Positions 46,630-56,508 of a stretch of 64,000 nt of DNA are shown here, in pieces. Origin of the DNA: Rhodothermales bacterium. Lineage in GTDB: Bacteria > Bacteroidota > Rhodothermia > Rhodothermales > VXPQ01. Every line of letters begins with the position of its first letter. Position 1 is the first letter of the stretch. Below the pieces are notes generated by a model, which worked only from the letters and a program-made list of their open reading frames with translations, was not told where the DNA came from and did no database searches. The position numbers and the translations under genes are program-made. The DNA is taken from assembly GCA_965232485.1 (NCBI GenBank), contig OZ246975.1, forward strand, positions 1,067,246 through 1,131,245, written 5' to 3'.

Positions 46630-48918
46630 CTATAAACGATACGTGTAATTGAGTTTGAGCGACGCGCCCTGCGAAACGGTTCTCAAATCGCGGTTGTCGA
46701 ATAGCCCGGCGCCCCTGTTCTCCCAGTTGTGCCGATACACAAGGAAAATATTCGATCCCGGCTGCACGATCCAGCGTAGCCGGGCAAAAACCCCCGCCAG
46801 CTGGCTCACGTCATCGTACTGGATTTGCAATAATGCGGACACGAAGGGCGTCGGATCCCATTCGCCTTCAATTTCATAGACATTTGCGGTGAATGCGCCC
46901 CGAGGCAAGTCCACATCGTTATACCCAATGCTGGTCCCGATGCTGACGCCGGCGCTCGGACGAAATGTCGCGCGAACGGAAATCTCCGTACTGGAGCCAT
47001 CCCAGAATTCTCCCCATTCCACGCCGCCGTATACGGAAACCTTCCGCCTGCCCGCCGTGAAGCCGCCCACGGAATACCGCTGCACCGTATAGCCCCCTGG
47101 CAAAATATCCAGCCCGTCGCTGACCTCGAACGCATTGTAGAGTTCCTCAAAGCGCCGCGTAGCCTGGACGGACACGTTGTCGCCGCTTTCGAACTCGATT
47201 CCGAGCAGCTCCACCTCCCACTCCCGCTCTTCGGGAACGCCTGTATCCATAGCGACCAGATGCCGGTATTGCACCCCGAAGCCAAGCTGCCGTATCTGCT
47301 TGATCCGGGCGGGCCGGGGCTGCCAATTGATGCGCGGCTCGACGCGGCGAAAATTGTTGCGCTGCACGAAACCCACCTGCGGATCGTAATCGGCGCCGAA
47401 TTCCCGATAGGAAATATGCCCGGACCAGATATCGTTGGGGAAATTGAGGCGGAGGCCGCGCGCGGACAAGTCATTCAGCGATTTCGTACCCGGAGCGACA
47501 TTGGAGTTGGCGACGGCGAAGAGTTCGACTTCGGCGTTCTTGTCCCCCAGAAAATGCCGGGTCGCCAGTTGCACGTCCACGCCGAAAGTATGCCCGGTTT
47601 CCGGGGCAAAGCCCATGGCGTCTTCCGACCTGGCGCGGCGCGTATACATCGCGCCGATGGTGGACTGTTCGAAAACGGGATGCCGCACGCGGGCCACCGT
47701 AAACTGTTCATTGGGAATCTCGACGTTTTCCTCGTCTTCGTTCTGGTAAGTCAAATCCCCGACGCCTACCTGAAAAAAACCTACGTCGGTCTTGCCCGCC
47801 TGACCGGTCATGCGCACGCCATAGTTAATGGGCGCAGGTTGTCCATCCGTCAACCCAATGTTGCGCGAAAAGAACGGCGTGGGGTTGCTGCGCGGGGCGA
47901 AGGAAAAAATACCGGCGCCTTCCAGGAAAAATCCGCGCTGCTCGGGGAAGCGAAGCGGAAAGCGCGTCAGGTTCACGCGCCGCTGATCCGCCTCGACTTC
48001 GGCGAAATCGGTGTTGAACGAGAGCGAGGCGCGGAGACTGGGCGTTACGCTGTAGTTCAAATCCAGGCTGACGTCGCCGGGATACGTTACGGGATCGGCG
48101 TCCCCGGGCGTCTTGCGCCAGTTCCCGATGGCGGACGGAACCGCCTCCAGCCCAATGCCCTGCGACATATCCCGGAGACCAGTCAGTTCGCCCGCGAAAA
48201 TCGGACGCAACAAGCCTTCGTTGCGGCGCCACCCTCGCCAAAGCATTTCTTCGTTCGTACGCCGGATCGTGCGCTGGAAATTGACGCCCCATTCGTCCGA
48301 CGCCGGATCGAAATTCAGCGTCCGGAACGGGATGCTGACTTCCAGGGACCATCCGTCGGGGCGACGGGCCGTGCGTACGTCCCAAATACCGTTCCAGGCG
48401 CGGCCCCCACTGCGGAAAAACGAGGTACTGCCGCCGACAAGAAGCGCATCTCCCCGCATCCCGTTCGGATTCGTCTCGAAAAAGTACCCGGTGCGACCAT
48501 CCTGGAACGTGTCCAGAATCCACATGAACCGGTCGTCGGTATACAAAAAGGCGTCGCGGCGTTTCTGGTAAGCGATGACGCCATCGGGGTCGTCGTACAG
48601 GATGGCGCCAATGTACAGCCGATCCTTGTCGTACGCGATGCGAACTTCCGTCCGACGGGAAGGACGCGCCCCTTCGACCGGCTCCTGTTGCGTAAAGTCA
48701 TCGATCGGAACGGCTTGGCTCCAGGCCTCCTCCACGATGCGCCCGTCCAGATTGATCCGGTCCTCGTCGGCAAGCCGATGCGCCTGGAGCACAGGAAGCG
48801 CATCGTCTGCGGACGCCTGGGCGAATGTCGGGGCGGGCAACGTCACAAGAACGCACCCGACCAGCAGCAAGGACAGGACGGGAACGGACTTTAACGCGCG
48901 ATGCGAACGAAAATTCAA
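46630..48918 (-). CDS. DUF5916 / carbohydrate-binding-family-9-like outer-membrane protein
   Basis: Signal peptide, then ..INLDGRIVEEAWSQAVPIDDFTQQEPVEGARPSRRTEVRIAYDKDRLYIGAILYD..FETNPNGMRGD.., and a long beta-rich C-terminus ending ..KLNYTYRL. The start is a TTG at 48918. Confidence 0.7.
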   Translation of the reverse strand: MNFRSHRALKSVPVLSLLLVGCVLVTLPAPTFAQASADDALPVLQAHRLADEDRINLDGRIVEEAWSQAVPIDDFTQQEPVEGARPSRRTEVRIAYDKDRLYIGAILYDDPDGVIAYQKRRDAFLYTDDRFMWILDTFQDGRTGYFFETNPNGMRGDALLVGGSTSFFRSGGRAWNGIWDVRTARRPDGWSLEVSIPFRTLNFDPASDEWGVNFQRTIRRTNEEMLWRGWRRNEGLLRPIFAGELTGLRDMSQGIGLEAVPSAIGNWRKTPGDADPVTYPGDVSLDLNYSVTPSLRASLSFNTDFAEVEADQRRVNLTRFPLRFPEQRGFFLEGAGIFSFAPRSNPTPFFSRNIGLTDGQPAPINYGVRMTGQAGKTDVGFFQVGVGDLTYQNEDEENVEIPNEQFTVARVRHPVFEQSTIGAMYTRRARSEDAMGFAPETGHTFGVDVQLATRHFLGDKNAEVELFAVANSNVAPGTKSLNDLSARGLRLNFPNDIWSGHISYREFGADYDPQVGFVQRNNFRRVEPRINWQPRPARIKQIRQLGFGVQYRHLVAMDTGVPEEREWEVELLGIEFESGDNVSVQATRRFEELYNAFEVSDGLDILPGGYTVQRYSVGGFTAGRRKVSVYGGVEWGEFWDGSSTEISVRATFRPSAGVSIGTSIGYNDVDLPRGAFTANVYEIEGEWDPTPFVSALLQIQYDDVSQLAGVFARLRWIVQPGSNIFLVYRHNWENRGAGLFDNRDLRTVSQGASLKLNYTYRL

Positions 48919-48955
48919 AACGGAAGCGCGGAGTTCGACGAACGGCAGGCAACCC

Positions 48956-49543
48956 CTAAATATAGTATCCGTCCGGCTTGCGTTCGAATCCTTTCGTCTT
49001 TATCTCCCCGGAACACGCCCCGCAAGAAACCTTGATGGGCGTCAGAACGCCCGGAATACGGTTTTCCCTGCCGCAACGGGGACACGCCGCCTGCCTCGGT
49101 TTCAGAGGTTGTTTCAGGTACCCTGCCCGCGGCGTTTTGCCAAGCGGAACGCCAAAGAGCACTCCCGCCCTGTCCAGCGCTTGCGTCACGACCGGAAGCG
49201 GCGCTTCGAAGAATTCCTTGCGCGGATTGATGCGGAAGTCTTTCAGCGCGCCATGAACCCACTTTTCGGCGGCGTCCCGGGGAGACACATGCACGAAATA
49301 CACGAGCTCGAAGTCCCTGTATACGGATGTTGACCCACTCAATTCCCCTACGCGCGCGAAAGGAACGCGAGAGGATTCCCCCACTTTGAATACAGGATTG
49401 ACAAACGACTCATTGCGAGCAACGTAAAGCCAGCCGACTTTTTTGTATTCCCTCCTCCGTCTGTCGCAACTTTGTATCGCAAGGAAACTACTCAAAATGT
49501 CGTCCTGCAATAACAACTCCAGAGAAAGGTTTTTAGACCTCAT
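48956..49543 (-). CDS. T5orf172 (GIY-YIG-superfamily-like, MUG113-type) domain protein with C-terminal zinc ribbon
   Basis: GWLYVARNESFVNPVFKVGESSRVPFARVGEL..FELVYFVHVSPRDAAEKWVHGALKDFRINPRKEFFEAPL, then CPRCGRENRIP..VSCGACSGEI. The ATG at 49543 overlaps the end of the MotA-like gene by 11 nt. Confidence 0.7.
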   Translation of the reverse strand: MRSKNLSLELLLQDDILSSFLAIQSCDRRRREYKKVGWLYVARNESFVNPVFKVGESSRVPFARVGELSGSTSVYRDFELVYFVHVSPRDAAEKWVHGALKDFRINPRKEFFEAPLPVVTQALDRAGVLFGVPLGKTPRAGYLKQPLKPRQAACPRCGRENRIPGVLTPIKVSCGACSGEIKTKGFERKPDGYYI

Positions 49544-50237
49544 ATCGCTCGGGGACTTCTTTCCTGGCCAATCCGTAGGCGATGGCGACCGCCCACGTCT
49601 GGAGTTCCTTGTACCGTCTGCGCACCTGCGCCTGCAGAAAAATGTTGATCGGCCACAAGAGAAGGCGCACGCACATCGCCAGCATCGTCGAAACGACTGC
49701 AATGCCCAGCCCCACCAGGTCCGAAGCGGCATGGCGACTGCCGCTCGTGAAGAGTATGAATATGCCCCATAGCGTCCCGAGTAGCCCAAGACTAAGCGCA
49801 ATGTAGACCACGGCCGTGATGTACCTGTCTACCTCTTTGTAATTATCGTGATCGAATCCGATGTAACGCAACGCGTAATCGAGCATGTTCTGCGGCGTGC
49901 CTCCCCGCCCCTGCTCTTCAAGCAATCGCTCGCCTGCGAGACGATAGGGATTGTTTGGGCGCACCGCAACGATCGCCGCCTGAAAATCCCGCGCCGTCAG
50001 CCCGGAAGGCTCGATCCGCAACAACGCCCGCGTGCCTCTCCACTGACGGAAATAGCGCACATAAGCCGAGCACAGGAAGAAAAGCCCTATCAAAAAAGCA
50101 GCGGCGAGCGGGTACTCGAAACCCTGTGCATAGCCGAACAAGTCCCATATCGAGGTGGCGAGAAAACTGCTCCCTATATCCTGCGAGGGCAAAGCGAGCG
50201 TAGTGTCCGCGGCCTGGGGCGAAACAAATTGCATCAT
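49533..50237 (-). CDS. MotA/TolQ/ExbB-family proton-channel-like protein
   Basis: Three TM segments in the canonical arrangement. Signature ..IALSLGLLGTLWGIFILF..DLVGLGIAVVSTMLAMCVRLLLWP.. Confidence 0.75.
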   Translation of the reverse strand: MMQFVSPQAADTTLALPSQDIGSSFLATSIWDLFGYAQGFEYPLAAAFLIGLFFLCSAYVRYFRQWRGTRALLRIEPSGLTARDFQAAIVAVRPNNPYRLAGERLLEEQGRGGTPQNMLDYALRYIGFDHDNYKEVDRYITAVVYIALSLGLLGTLWGIFILFTSGSRHAASDLVGLGIAVVSTMLAMCVRLLLWPINIFLQAQVRRRYKELQTWAVAIAYGLARKEVPERYEV

Positions 50238-50328
50238 CGTGTTGACGGTAAGTACGAAATGAAAGAAAGCATGGCGAGACCAGCAAGGACGAAGAGGATA
50301 GTAAAGAAATTACGTACCCGGTTTTGCG

Positions 50329-52854
50329 TCAAGGTTTTACAAGTACATTCTGGACAGACCCATCTTCCACTTCGATCTCTCGGGTAAAGGCCTGCAGGTC
50401 TTCCCGACCAAGCAGATCCCTGAGTTCAAGGCGATAAACGCCGGGCGGCAAAAGAACTGAGAATAAAGCTTCTTGAGATACTTCGGAACTCAGCACTTCT
50501 TCATTTCCCCGAAAGAAAACGACGCTGGCCTGCGTGGGGGAGCTCAGGGGCAAATCCTCAATGACTCCCTGCACGATGGTGTTCCTCTCCACGGGGATAT
50601 CAACGCGCTTCGTCGATCCGGGATCCGATATGAAACTGAACGTCGTACCCGTAGGCAGATGCAGCGAAGGATCGGTCAAGGACGCCGGGTCGATGATAAC
50701 CTGATACGCCGTACTGGGCGCCAGAAAATCGGCGCGCACCACGGTCGAGTCCACGCGCTGGACACGGGCTTTGACGACCTTGATATCGAGGCCTTCCACC
50801 AGCGACTCTTCCGGCCCCCTGCGACCGTCCCGATCTACGTCGTAGTAGGCTTGCAGGAGCGCGCTGCTTCGCATGTGAGCCTGACGACTGAAACGCATGG
50901 GCCGTCCCAGTTCCATGGAGCCATAGAAACTCTGCCGGTGATAATAGGAGCCCGACTCCATCGACGAATGATTGTTGAGGCTCACCCACGGGGCGTCGAA
51001 GCGCAACGTAACGGAGAACTCTGCGTTTTCGCGGGCAAGATCATAGCCGCCGCGCAAGCCAATGGATACTTTCTTGTAGTACGCGTACAATGTCGCCCCT
51101 GCAAAATCGAATTGCTCCTGCAACCCCCCGTCGGCTTGCAGCCCGAAGCGGCCGCGCAGCCCCTTGCGGGAAACGGCTCGCGTTAGCGTGGTCCTCCAGT
51201 TCATGGAAATATCTTCCGACGCCATGTCCGTTTGCCTGCGCGACGCGCCAACCGTAACGAGTGCGCTGGTCTTGCCCGGAAGCGGCAATGTCGTGGAGCC
51301 GGTCACATTCAGGTTTTTGCTGCCGAAAAACGTTTCGACCTGCGAGCCATTCAGAAAAAGGCTCAGCCGCCGCACGCCCAAACCGATCTGTCCCTGAATC
51401 CGTCTCTTGTAGAACGAAAGCATCGGCTCGTCGGAAAATTCGGCTTCCGTTTGCAGGGACACGCGACCGATGGACATGCGCATGGAGGCTCGCGCGGCTT
51501 TCAGGGGCAATGCAACCTCGACGCCTGTGGTCAAAAAGCCCCACTGGTTACGCGTCAAGCCAACCATCGTGGTCGTGAGCGAATCAAGGCGTATGAAGGC
51601 GGCCTTCGCGGATAAACTCTGGCCGAGGCCGTAGCGAAGTTGCCCGAACCCGAAGAGGGTTTCTTCGAAACTGTCTCGCCCTGCCTGCACATCGTACCAA
51701 AGCGCTCCGGGGGGCAACAGTTCCTCCCCGATGAAAAGATGGCGCGTCACGGTGGTGGGAGCGCCTCCGCCCGGAGGAACAATTTCCAGCAACGCCTGCG
51801 AAGAGCCGTAATAGGCGGGAATGCGCAGTTCGTAGCGCCCTTGCGCATCCGCCCGGACGCGATCCGCAAGCACCCCGCCCACCGAAGCGGCGATAACGGC
51901 GTCGGGCTCGGCGATCCCGCGGATGACCGCTTCCCGCTGGATGTCCCGCAACGAAAGGGGGATGTTGCTCAGGCGAAAGCCGTCGAAGGTCGTGCGAAGC
52001 GGCCATTCGTACATGTTCATGCGCCCGAGTTCCATGCGCTTGAGCACGGGAGAACTCGGAAAATCAAGCAAATAGTTCAGCGAACGAAACCGCGTGGTCA
52101 TTTCCCCCTGGACCACCGACATAAATCCTTCGGTGGCGAGGCGCCCGCCCAATGCGTTCGAATGCACCCGGAATCCTCCATTGTAATCAGGCGAGTTCAG
52201 CGAGCGGTCGCTGCGCGTCAGGCGATAGTTGATGTGCGTGTTGCCCAGTAAGCGGCGGGAACGGCCGTAGAGCATCGGGCCGCGCACATGGTCGCTGGAA
52301 GGGGCCGACCTGCTAAAAATAGAACTGTCCAGCGACGCCATGGTCGTAGAAAGCCTGATGTGCAGCGTCGAGGTATCGAACTGCATGGAGCCTGGCGTGA
52401 AAATCGCCTGTACGCCTTCCAGTGAAACGTAGTAGCTCCCTTCGCTTGTAAAAAAGTCGTCGGGGGCCAGTTCCAAAGGCTCCATCGTGTCCTGCAATAC
52501 GCGGCCCGTCGAAAAATCGACTGTAAATACGCGTCCCGGATCGCTGGCCTCAACCATCGAATCCCGCTCTACGACGTCAAAACCGAGCCGGTCGAAAAAA
52601 TCTGTAATGTCAAGATAATATTTTTCGATCCCGGCGTCCCACCAGGCCAAGACAAAACTCGAAGAATGCAGGGCGCCCGGCGCGCTGATCGTCCAGGGGG
52701 TCTCCTGCAAAAACCGAACAGGCCTTTCCACGCCCGGCGCATCCTGCTCCTGCGCAAACGCCCGGGGACAATACGCCGCAACAAACAGTAGCGACATACA
52801 GAATACCCGACAAAGCCAGGCATGCCTTGATAAAAACGGCAACAAATTCATCAT
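50329..52854 (-). CDS. 841-aa secreted, beta-rich protein (outer-membrane barrel/usher-like?) with carboxypeptidase-regulatory-like modules
   Basis: The ATG at 52854 gives a signal peptide ..LLFVAAYCPRAFAQ. Alternating beta-strand-like pattern through most of the length. C-terminal ..VQGVIEDLP..VVFFRGNEEV..LLPPGVYRLELRD. No family recognised with confidence. Confidence 0.55.
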   Translation of the reverse strand: MMNLLPFLSRHAWLCRVFCMSLLFVAAYCPRAFAQEQDAPGVERPVRFLQETPWTISAPGALHSSSFVLAWWDAGIEKYYLDITDFFDRLGFDVVERDSMVEASDPGRVFTVDFSTGRVLQDTMEPLELAPDDFFTSEGSYYVSLEGVQAIFTPGSMQFDTSTLHIRLSTTMASLDSSIFSRSAPSSDHVRGPMLYGRSRRLLGNTHINYRLTRSDRSLNSPDYNGGFRVHSNALGGRLATEGFMSVVQGEMTTRFRSLNYLLDFPSSPVLKRMELGRMNMYEWPLRTTFDGFRLSNIPLSLRDIQREAVIRGIAEPDAVIAASVGGVLADRVRADAQGRYELRIPAYYGSSQALLEIVPPGGGAPTTVTRHLFIGEELLPPGALWYDVQAGRDSFEETLFGFGQLRYGLGQSLSAKAAFIRLDSLTTTMVGLTRNQWGFLTTGVEVALPLKAARASMRMSIGRVSLQTEAEFSDEPMLSFYKRRIQGQIGLGVRRLSLFLNGSQVETFFGSKNLNVTGSTTLPLPGKTSALVTVGASRRQTDMASEDISMNWRTTLTRAVSRKGLRGRFGLQADGGLQEQFDFAGATLYAYYKKVSIGLRGGYDLARENAEFSVTLRFDAPWVSLNNHSSMESGSYYHRQSFYGSMELGRPMRFSRQAHMRSSALLQAYYDVDRDGRRGPEESLVEGLDIKVVKARVQRVDSTVVRADFLAPSTAYQVIIDPASLTDPSLHLPTGTTFSFISDPGSTKRVDIPVERNTIVQGVIEDLPLSSPTQASVVFFRGNEEVLSSEVSQEALFSVLLPPGVYRLELRDLLGREDLQAFTREIEVEDGSVQNVLVKP

Positions 52855-53032
52855 GGTCTCTGAACAAACGTTTCCTGGCTTGTTGTGGGTTCTTTGTTTG
52901 TGGCGGCGCCTGCGCTTTCCGGCGCATTCCGCGAAACCGGCGCAGGCGCTAAACGAAACGCCGACCGTACGACATAAACATGTTCTTGCGCTATCCATAT
53001 TCTTGACCGCGCCATAATGCGATATAACGCTT

Positions 53033-54565
53033 CTATTCATCGGAGCCTGCATCGCGCAACGCCCTGTATCGCTCCAGGAGAACCTGCGCCTTGTCCCTGT
53101 CTCCAACCCGCCGGTACAGATTGCCCATAAGGGTGAGGTAGGCCAACTGATCCTCTCGCTCCATCGCGTCGAAAACTTCTTCGACCCGGGGTTCAAGCGA
53201 CAGCGCCTGCTCCGGATTGTAGCGCGCGAGCTGCAACGCTTCGACAAAAGCCCTGCCGGTATACTGACTTCGCACTTCCGTGACCTGCATCAGATAGGTA
53301 AATGCAAGGGCGGAAGAGCCCTCCCGACGATGTTCCTGGGCGCGCGTGAAAAGGACCGTGGCGTACGTTTGTCGAATATCTTCCACGAATTCGGGGTACG
53401 GCGTTTTTTGCGCGACCGTACTGTCCTCGACAATGCCCCAAAGAACCTGCAACGTGTCCAGAGCGGCTTCCTGGCCGTTGTGCTCCCAATTGAGCAAGGC
53501 ATGGTTGTAACTTGCTTCCAGTCGCGAGGAGGTTTGCGTAAGGCGAGGGATCAACCAGGCCAAGCCTGCCCGGGCGGCGAGCGGATCGGTCGAAAACAAG
53601 GTTTGCAGACTGTCGTAGGCCAACCGGTTTTCGAAATGATGATGATCCCACAGGACCCAGTCCATTTCCCGTCGGGAAAATTCTTCCTGCTCGGCGGTGG
53701 TCGCATGCTGTTGCGCCTCGGACAGCGCACGGCGCACCCCCTCTCCGTCCCGGTTTTCGACGAATGCGCGATACGAACGGACATAATAGGTGAAAAGCGC
53801 CAGGCTGTCCGGCGACGGACGTTCCGCATCCGGCGCAAAAGCAAGGAACGCGTCGTCCAGAACGACTTCCGCCGCCTGTAACCAGGTGAGCGCAGCGCCG
53901 GAAAACTGATTCATATTTTCCAGAACCACGGCCACTTCCGCCCACAGGACGTGATCGTCGGCGCGGAGCGCCAGCAACCCGCGCAACAACGCGAGCATCT
54001 CTTCCCATGCCCCTTCCTCCTTGAGCCATTGCGCCCGCACGCTATAGACCTGGGCCAACTGGTGGCGGGCTTCCTCGTGCAGCGGATTAAAAGCCAGCGC
54101 GCTTTCGAAAAAACCCTGAGACTCGGCAAGCAGCGTTCGAACAAGCAGGCTATCCTCTTCCGTCTGGGCCTGCGCCGCGCGTATGAGCCTGCGGCGGGCT
54201 TCCGTATGGGCTTCCGTAAACGCCGTCGTATCGACCGCGACCATGGAATCCCCCGGCGCATCCAGCGACTCCAGCGGGGGGGCTCCGTTCAGAATGCGCA
54301 AGGTGCTGTCTATGCGCTCGAACAAGGCGCGTCCAGCCAGAAAATCCTCCTCTGCCCGGGTTTCCGCCGAGGCGCGCACGAATGTGCCGTGGAACGAATT
54401 CAACACGTCTGCAATAACCAGACTGTCCACCCCGGGAAGCGGCGGCGAAACCGGATCCTCGGAAACCGGCTCGCTTTCGACAATAACCGGCGCGGAAGAA
54501 CCGCACCCCCACAGGAAGGCGAGACACAACATGCCCGCTGCTAAAAAGAGCGCTGATCGGTACAT
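53033..54565 (-). CDS. Helical-repeat (TPR-like) lipoprotein
   Basis: MYRSALFLAAGMLCLAFLWGC (lipobox), then alpha-helical repeat composition throughout. Confidence 0.6.
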   Translation of the reverse strand: MYRSALFLAAGMLCLAFLWGCGSSAPVIVESEPVSEDPVSPPLPGVDSLVIADVLNSFHGTFVRASAETRAEEDFLAGRALFERIDSTLRILNGAPPLESLDAPGDSMVAVDTTAFTEAHTEARRRLIRAAQAQTEEDSLLVRTLLAESQGFFESALAFNPLHEEARHQLAQVYSVRAQWLKEEGAWEEMLALLRGLLALRADDHVLWAEVAVVLENMNQFSGAALTWLQAAEVVLDDAFLAFAPDAERPSPDSLALFTYYVRSYRAFVENRDGEGVRRALSEAQQHATTAEQEEFSRREMDWVLWDHHHFENRLAYDSLQTLFSTDPLAARAGLAWLIPRLTQTSSRLEASYNHALLNWEHNGQEAALDTLQVLWGIVEDSTVAQKTPYPEFVEDIRQTYATVLFTRAQEHRREGSSALAFTYLMQVTEVRSQYTGRAFVEALQLARYNPEQALSLEPRVEEVFDAMEREDQLAYLTLMGNLYRRVGDRDKAQVLLERYRALRDAGSDE

Positions 54566-54586
54566 AAACCTAAGAACTCAGGGGAA

Positions 54587-54958
54587 TCAGGAAGGTGGCG
54601 TTTCAACCAGAACAAGAAATACGGCCTGTCGTTCAGCCTGCTGAACAAGATTGTTCGCCGTAAGAAGCAATCTGGCGGGAGCATTCTTGTCGGCCGAGAA
54701 CTCAACCATGCGGTCCGGATGGCTCGAAACCATCAGGGTATAGAGGTCGTTGGGATCGAGCAGAACGGGAGACCCTCCGCCCTCAGTGGCGAAAAACATT
54801 CCGTCCTCGGATATGGCCACCTGAAGAGGCTGGAGCATGGGCATTCCAGGTTCCGCTTCCTGACTCAAGGGCTTGGCTACGTCAAACGTGGATATGGTGC
54901 TGATCGCCACCAGCGTAGCCAGCAAAATGAGCACGATATCCACCAGAGCATCGTCCAT
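54587..54958 (-). CDS. ExbD/TolR-like biopolymer-transport protein
   Basis: N-terminal TM DALVDIVLILLATLVAIS, then ..QVAISEDGMFF.. and ..VEFSADKNAPARLLLTANNLVQQAERQAVFLV, matching ExbD periplasmic-domain layout. Confidence 0.7.
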   Translation of the reverse strand: MDDALVDIVLILLATLVAISTISTFDVAKPLSQEAEPGMPMLQPLQVAISEDGMFFATEGGGSPVLLDPNDLYTLMVSSHPDRMVEFSADKNAPARLLLTANNLVQQAERQAVFLVLVETPPS

Positions 54959-54964
54959 TTTCGA

Positions 54965-56086
54965 TTACATGTTTTGTTTTTCCTGCTGCCACCAGGCCAG
55001 GAAAAGTTTGAAGAAGTCTCTCGCTTCGGGACCTGTGGGAGAAAAATCCTCGCTCTCTACGAAATCGATGCGTTCCATGGCGTCCCTGCCGACGACGCCC
55101 TTCTGAAAATACTGGGCGCGCTGCTGGAATCCGGGGTCGACGAAGTAGTAGATGTCGCCTTGCCGGATCATGGCGATCCGAATTTCCCTGTTGGAGGGCG
55201 TGAACATAAGCTGGAGTTCGGCAGACGAGGCAGCGGCGGAGGTTTGGCTCCTGGCGCTGATCGCCGGAGGAGCAAAATGAAAAAGCGATCGGATCCCGGG
55301 ATCCAATTCGGCTTGATTCACCAAAATCCATTGCAAAAGAGAATCCGATGGAATGGAAACATCCTCTTCGCCCAGAAACAGGTTGTCCTGACGGGATCCG
55401 GAATCAGAGGATTCCAGCGACGTCCCCTCTGCGGAGGTGGCCCGGATCGTTTGCCGCCCGGACCCGTCGGGCCAGGCAAGATCCTCCAGATCCCCCACAT
55501 AGCGGCGGGAACGGTCCGTATCGTCCGGGGAAGCAAACGACTGGCCGATAAGATTGGACGACAAGGACCGCGAAGAACGGGATGGATTTCCCGAATCGTT
55601 CAGCAGATTCTGCGTCAGGTCCATATCGGAATTAAAAACGGGACGATCAGAAGCCGATTCGGAAAAAAGCTCCATATCCTGATCCGACAGCGAAACAATC
55701 TCCCGGTCTTCCAGCTGCGCCACGGCGTCGTCGAGCGATACGTCGGAAAAGGAAAACGATTCGAACGCATCGGCGACCAGCGCCTCGACGTCTTCCTCCA
55801 GCAGCTCCTCTACCGGCTCGGGTTCGAGGGATTCGGTAATCTCTTCGATCACTTCGAGAGGATCTTCTTCTTCCTCAAGAGGGTCCGCTTCGATTTCTAT
55901 TTCTTCGACGGGGGGTAATTCCAGACTCGTCAAAACAAGCCTTTCTATCGTCGTCTCGGCGAATTCCCGTCCGGGCGTGGGAATCAGGGTGAACGCCACG
56001 CTAAAAAAAACGGACATGCCCAGAAACAACAGCCACGAAATGCGGCGGTTTCTCCTTTCCTCCTGTGCGGCAAAGGACAATGCCAT
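54965..56086 (-). CDS. Membrane-anchored protein with Glu/Pro-rich spacer (TonB/TolA-like architecture, unrecognised C-terminal domain)
   Basis: TM ISWLLFLGMSVFFSVAFTLI. Spacer ..ELPPVEEIEIEADPLEEEEDPLEVIEEITESLEPEPVEELLEE.. The C-terminal ~100 aa lacks the TonB C-terminal motif as far as I can see. Confidence 0.5.
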   Translation of the reverse strand: MALSFAAQEERRNRRISWLLFLGMSVFFSVAFTLIPTPGREFAETTIERLVLTSLELPPVEEIEIEADPLEEEEDPLEVIEEITESLEPEPVEELLEEDVEALVADAFESFSFSDVSLDDAVAQLEDREIVSLSDQDMELFSESASDRPVFNSDMDLTQNLLNDSGNPSRSSRSLSSNLIGQSFASPDDTDRSRRYVGDLEDLAWPDGSGRQTIRATSAEGTSLESSDSGSRQDNLFLGEEDVSIPSDSLLQWILVNQAELDPGIRSLFHFAPPAISARSQTSAAASSAELQLMFTPSNREIRIAMIRQGDIYYFVDPGFQQRAQYFQKGVVGRDAMERIDFVESEDFSPTGPEARDFFKLFLAWWQQEKQNM

Positions 56087-56110
56087 GGCGCAATGAAACG
56101 CTGATTGCTT

Positions 56111-56494
56111 CTAATTACTGACGGTGCACCGCCAACTTCGTCGGGTGCACAGATCAAGCATGGCCACCATTTGCTGAACGGTGGCTCTGCCTTGCGGGGC
56201 AAGCACAAAAGAGACTTGGCTGTCCAGTCTCCATGCCTGCTCCATGCAAGCGGCAAGCTCTACGAGCGTTGCGGGCGAGCAGGCTTCTATTCTTTCCGGC
56301 AACCATAACATCATAAAATGCATGCGGTCGTCAAACTGGACCTCATACGCAAGCGAAGGAGCGCTGGCTTCCTGCGACTCGCTCGGCAACACCACCTCCG
56401 CCTGACTTTCCGTCTCGGTCAACATCAGAAACCCCACAAGGAGAATGAATCCGAGATCAATGAAAATCAGCATGTCGGCGCGATCGTTTTCCAT
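56111..56494 (-). CDS. ExbD/TolR-like biopolymer-transport protein (second copy)
   Basis: The ATG at 56494 gives MENDRADMLIFIDLGFILLVGFLMLTE (ExbD-type TM). ..VSFVLAPQGRATVQQMVAMLDLC.. matches the ExbD C-terminal pattern. Confidence 0.65.
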   Translation of the reverse strand: MENDRADMLIFIDLGFILLVGFLMLTETESQAEVVLPSESQEASAPSLAYEVQFDDRMHFMMLWLPERIEACSPATLVELAACMEQAWRLDSQVSFVLAPQGRATVQQMVAMLDLCTRRSWRCTVSN

Positions 56495-56508
56495 GACGTA
56501 CGGATTTA

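Noticed and set aside
48982-48991. GTTCGAATCC, the canonical tRNA T-loop word, near the edge of the stator cluster; considered as a tRNA-derived att site.
   Set aside because: The flanking bases cannot form a T-stem. It does not match the T-arm of the nearby tRNA-Ala (GGGGTTCGATTCCCC). It lies inside the T5orf172 coding frame (KGFERK), so it is most likely coincidence.
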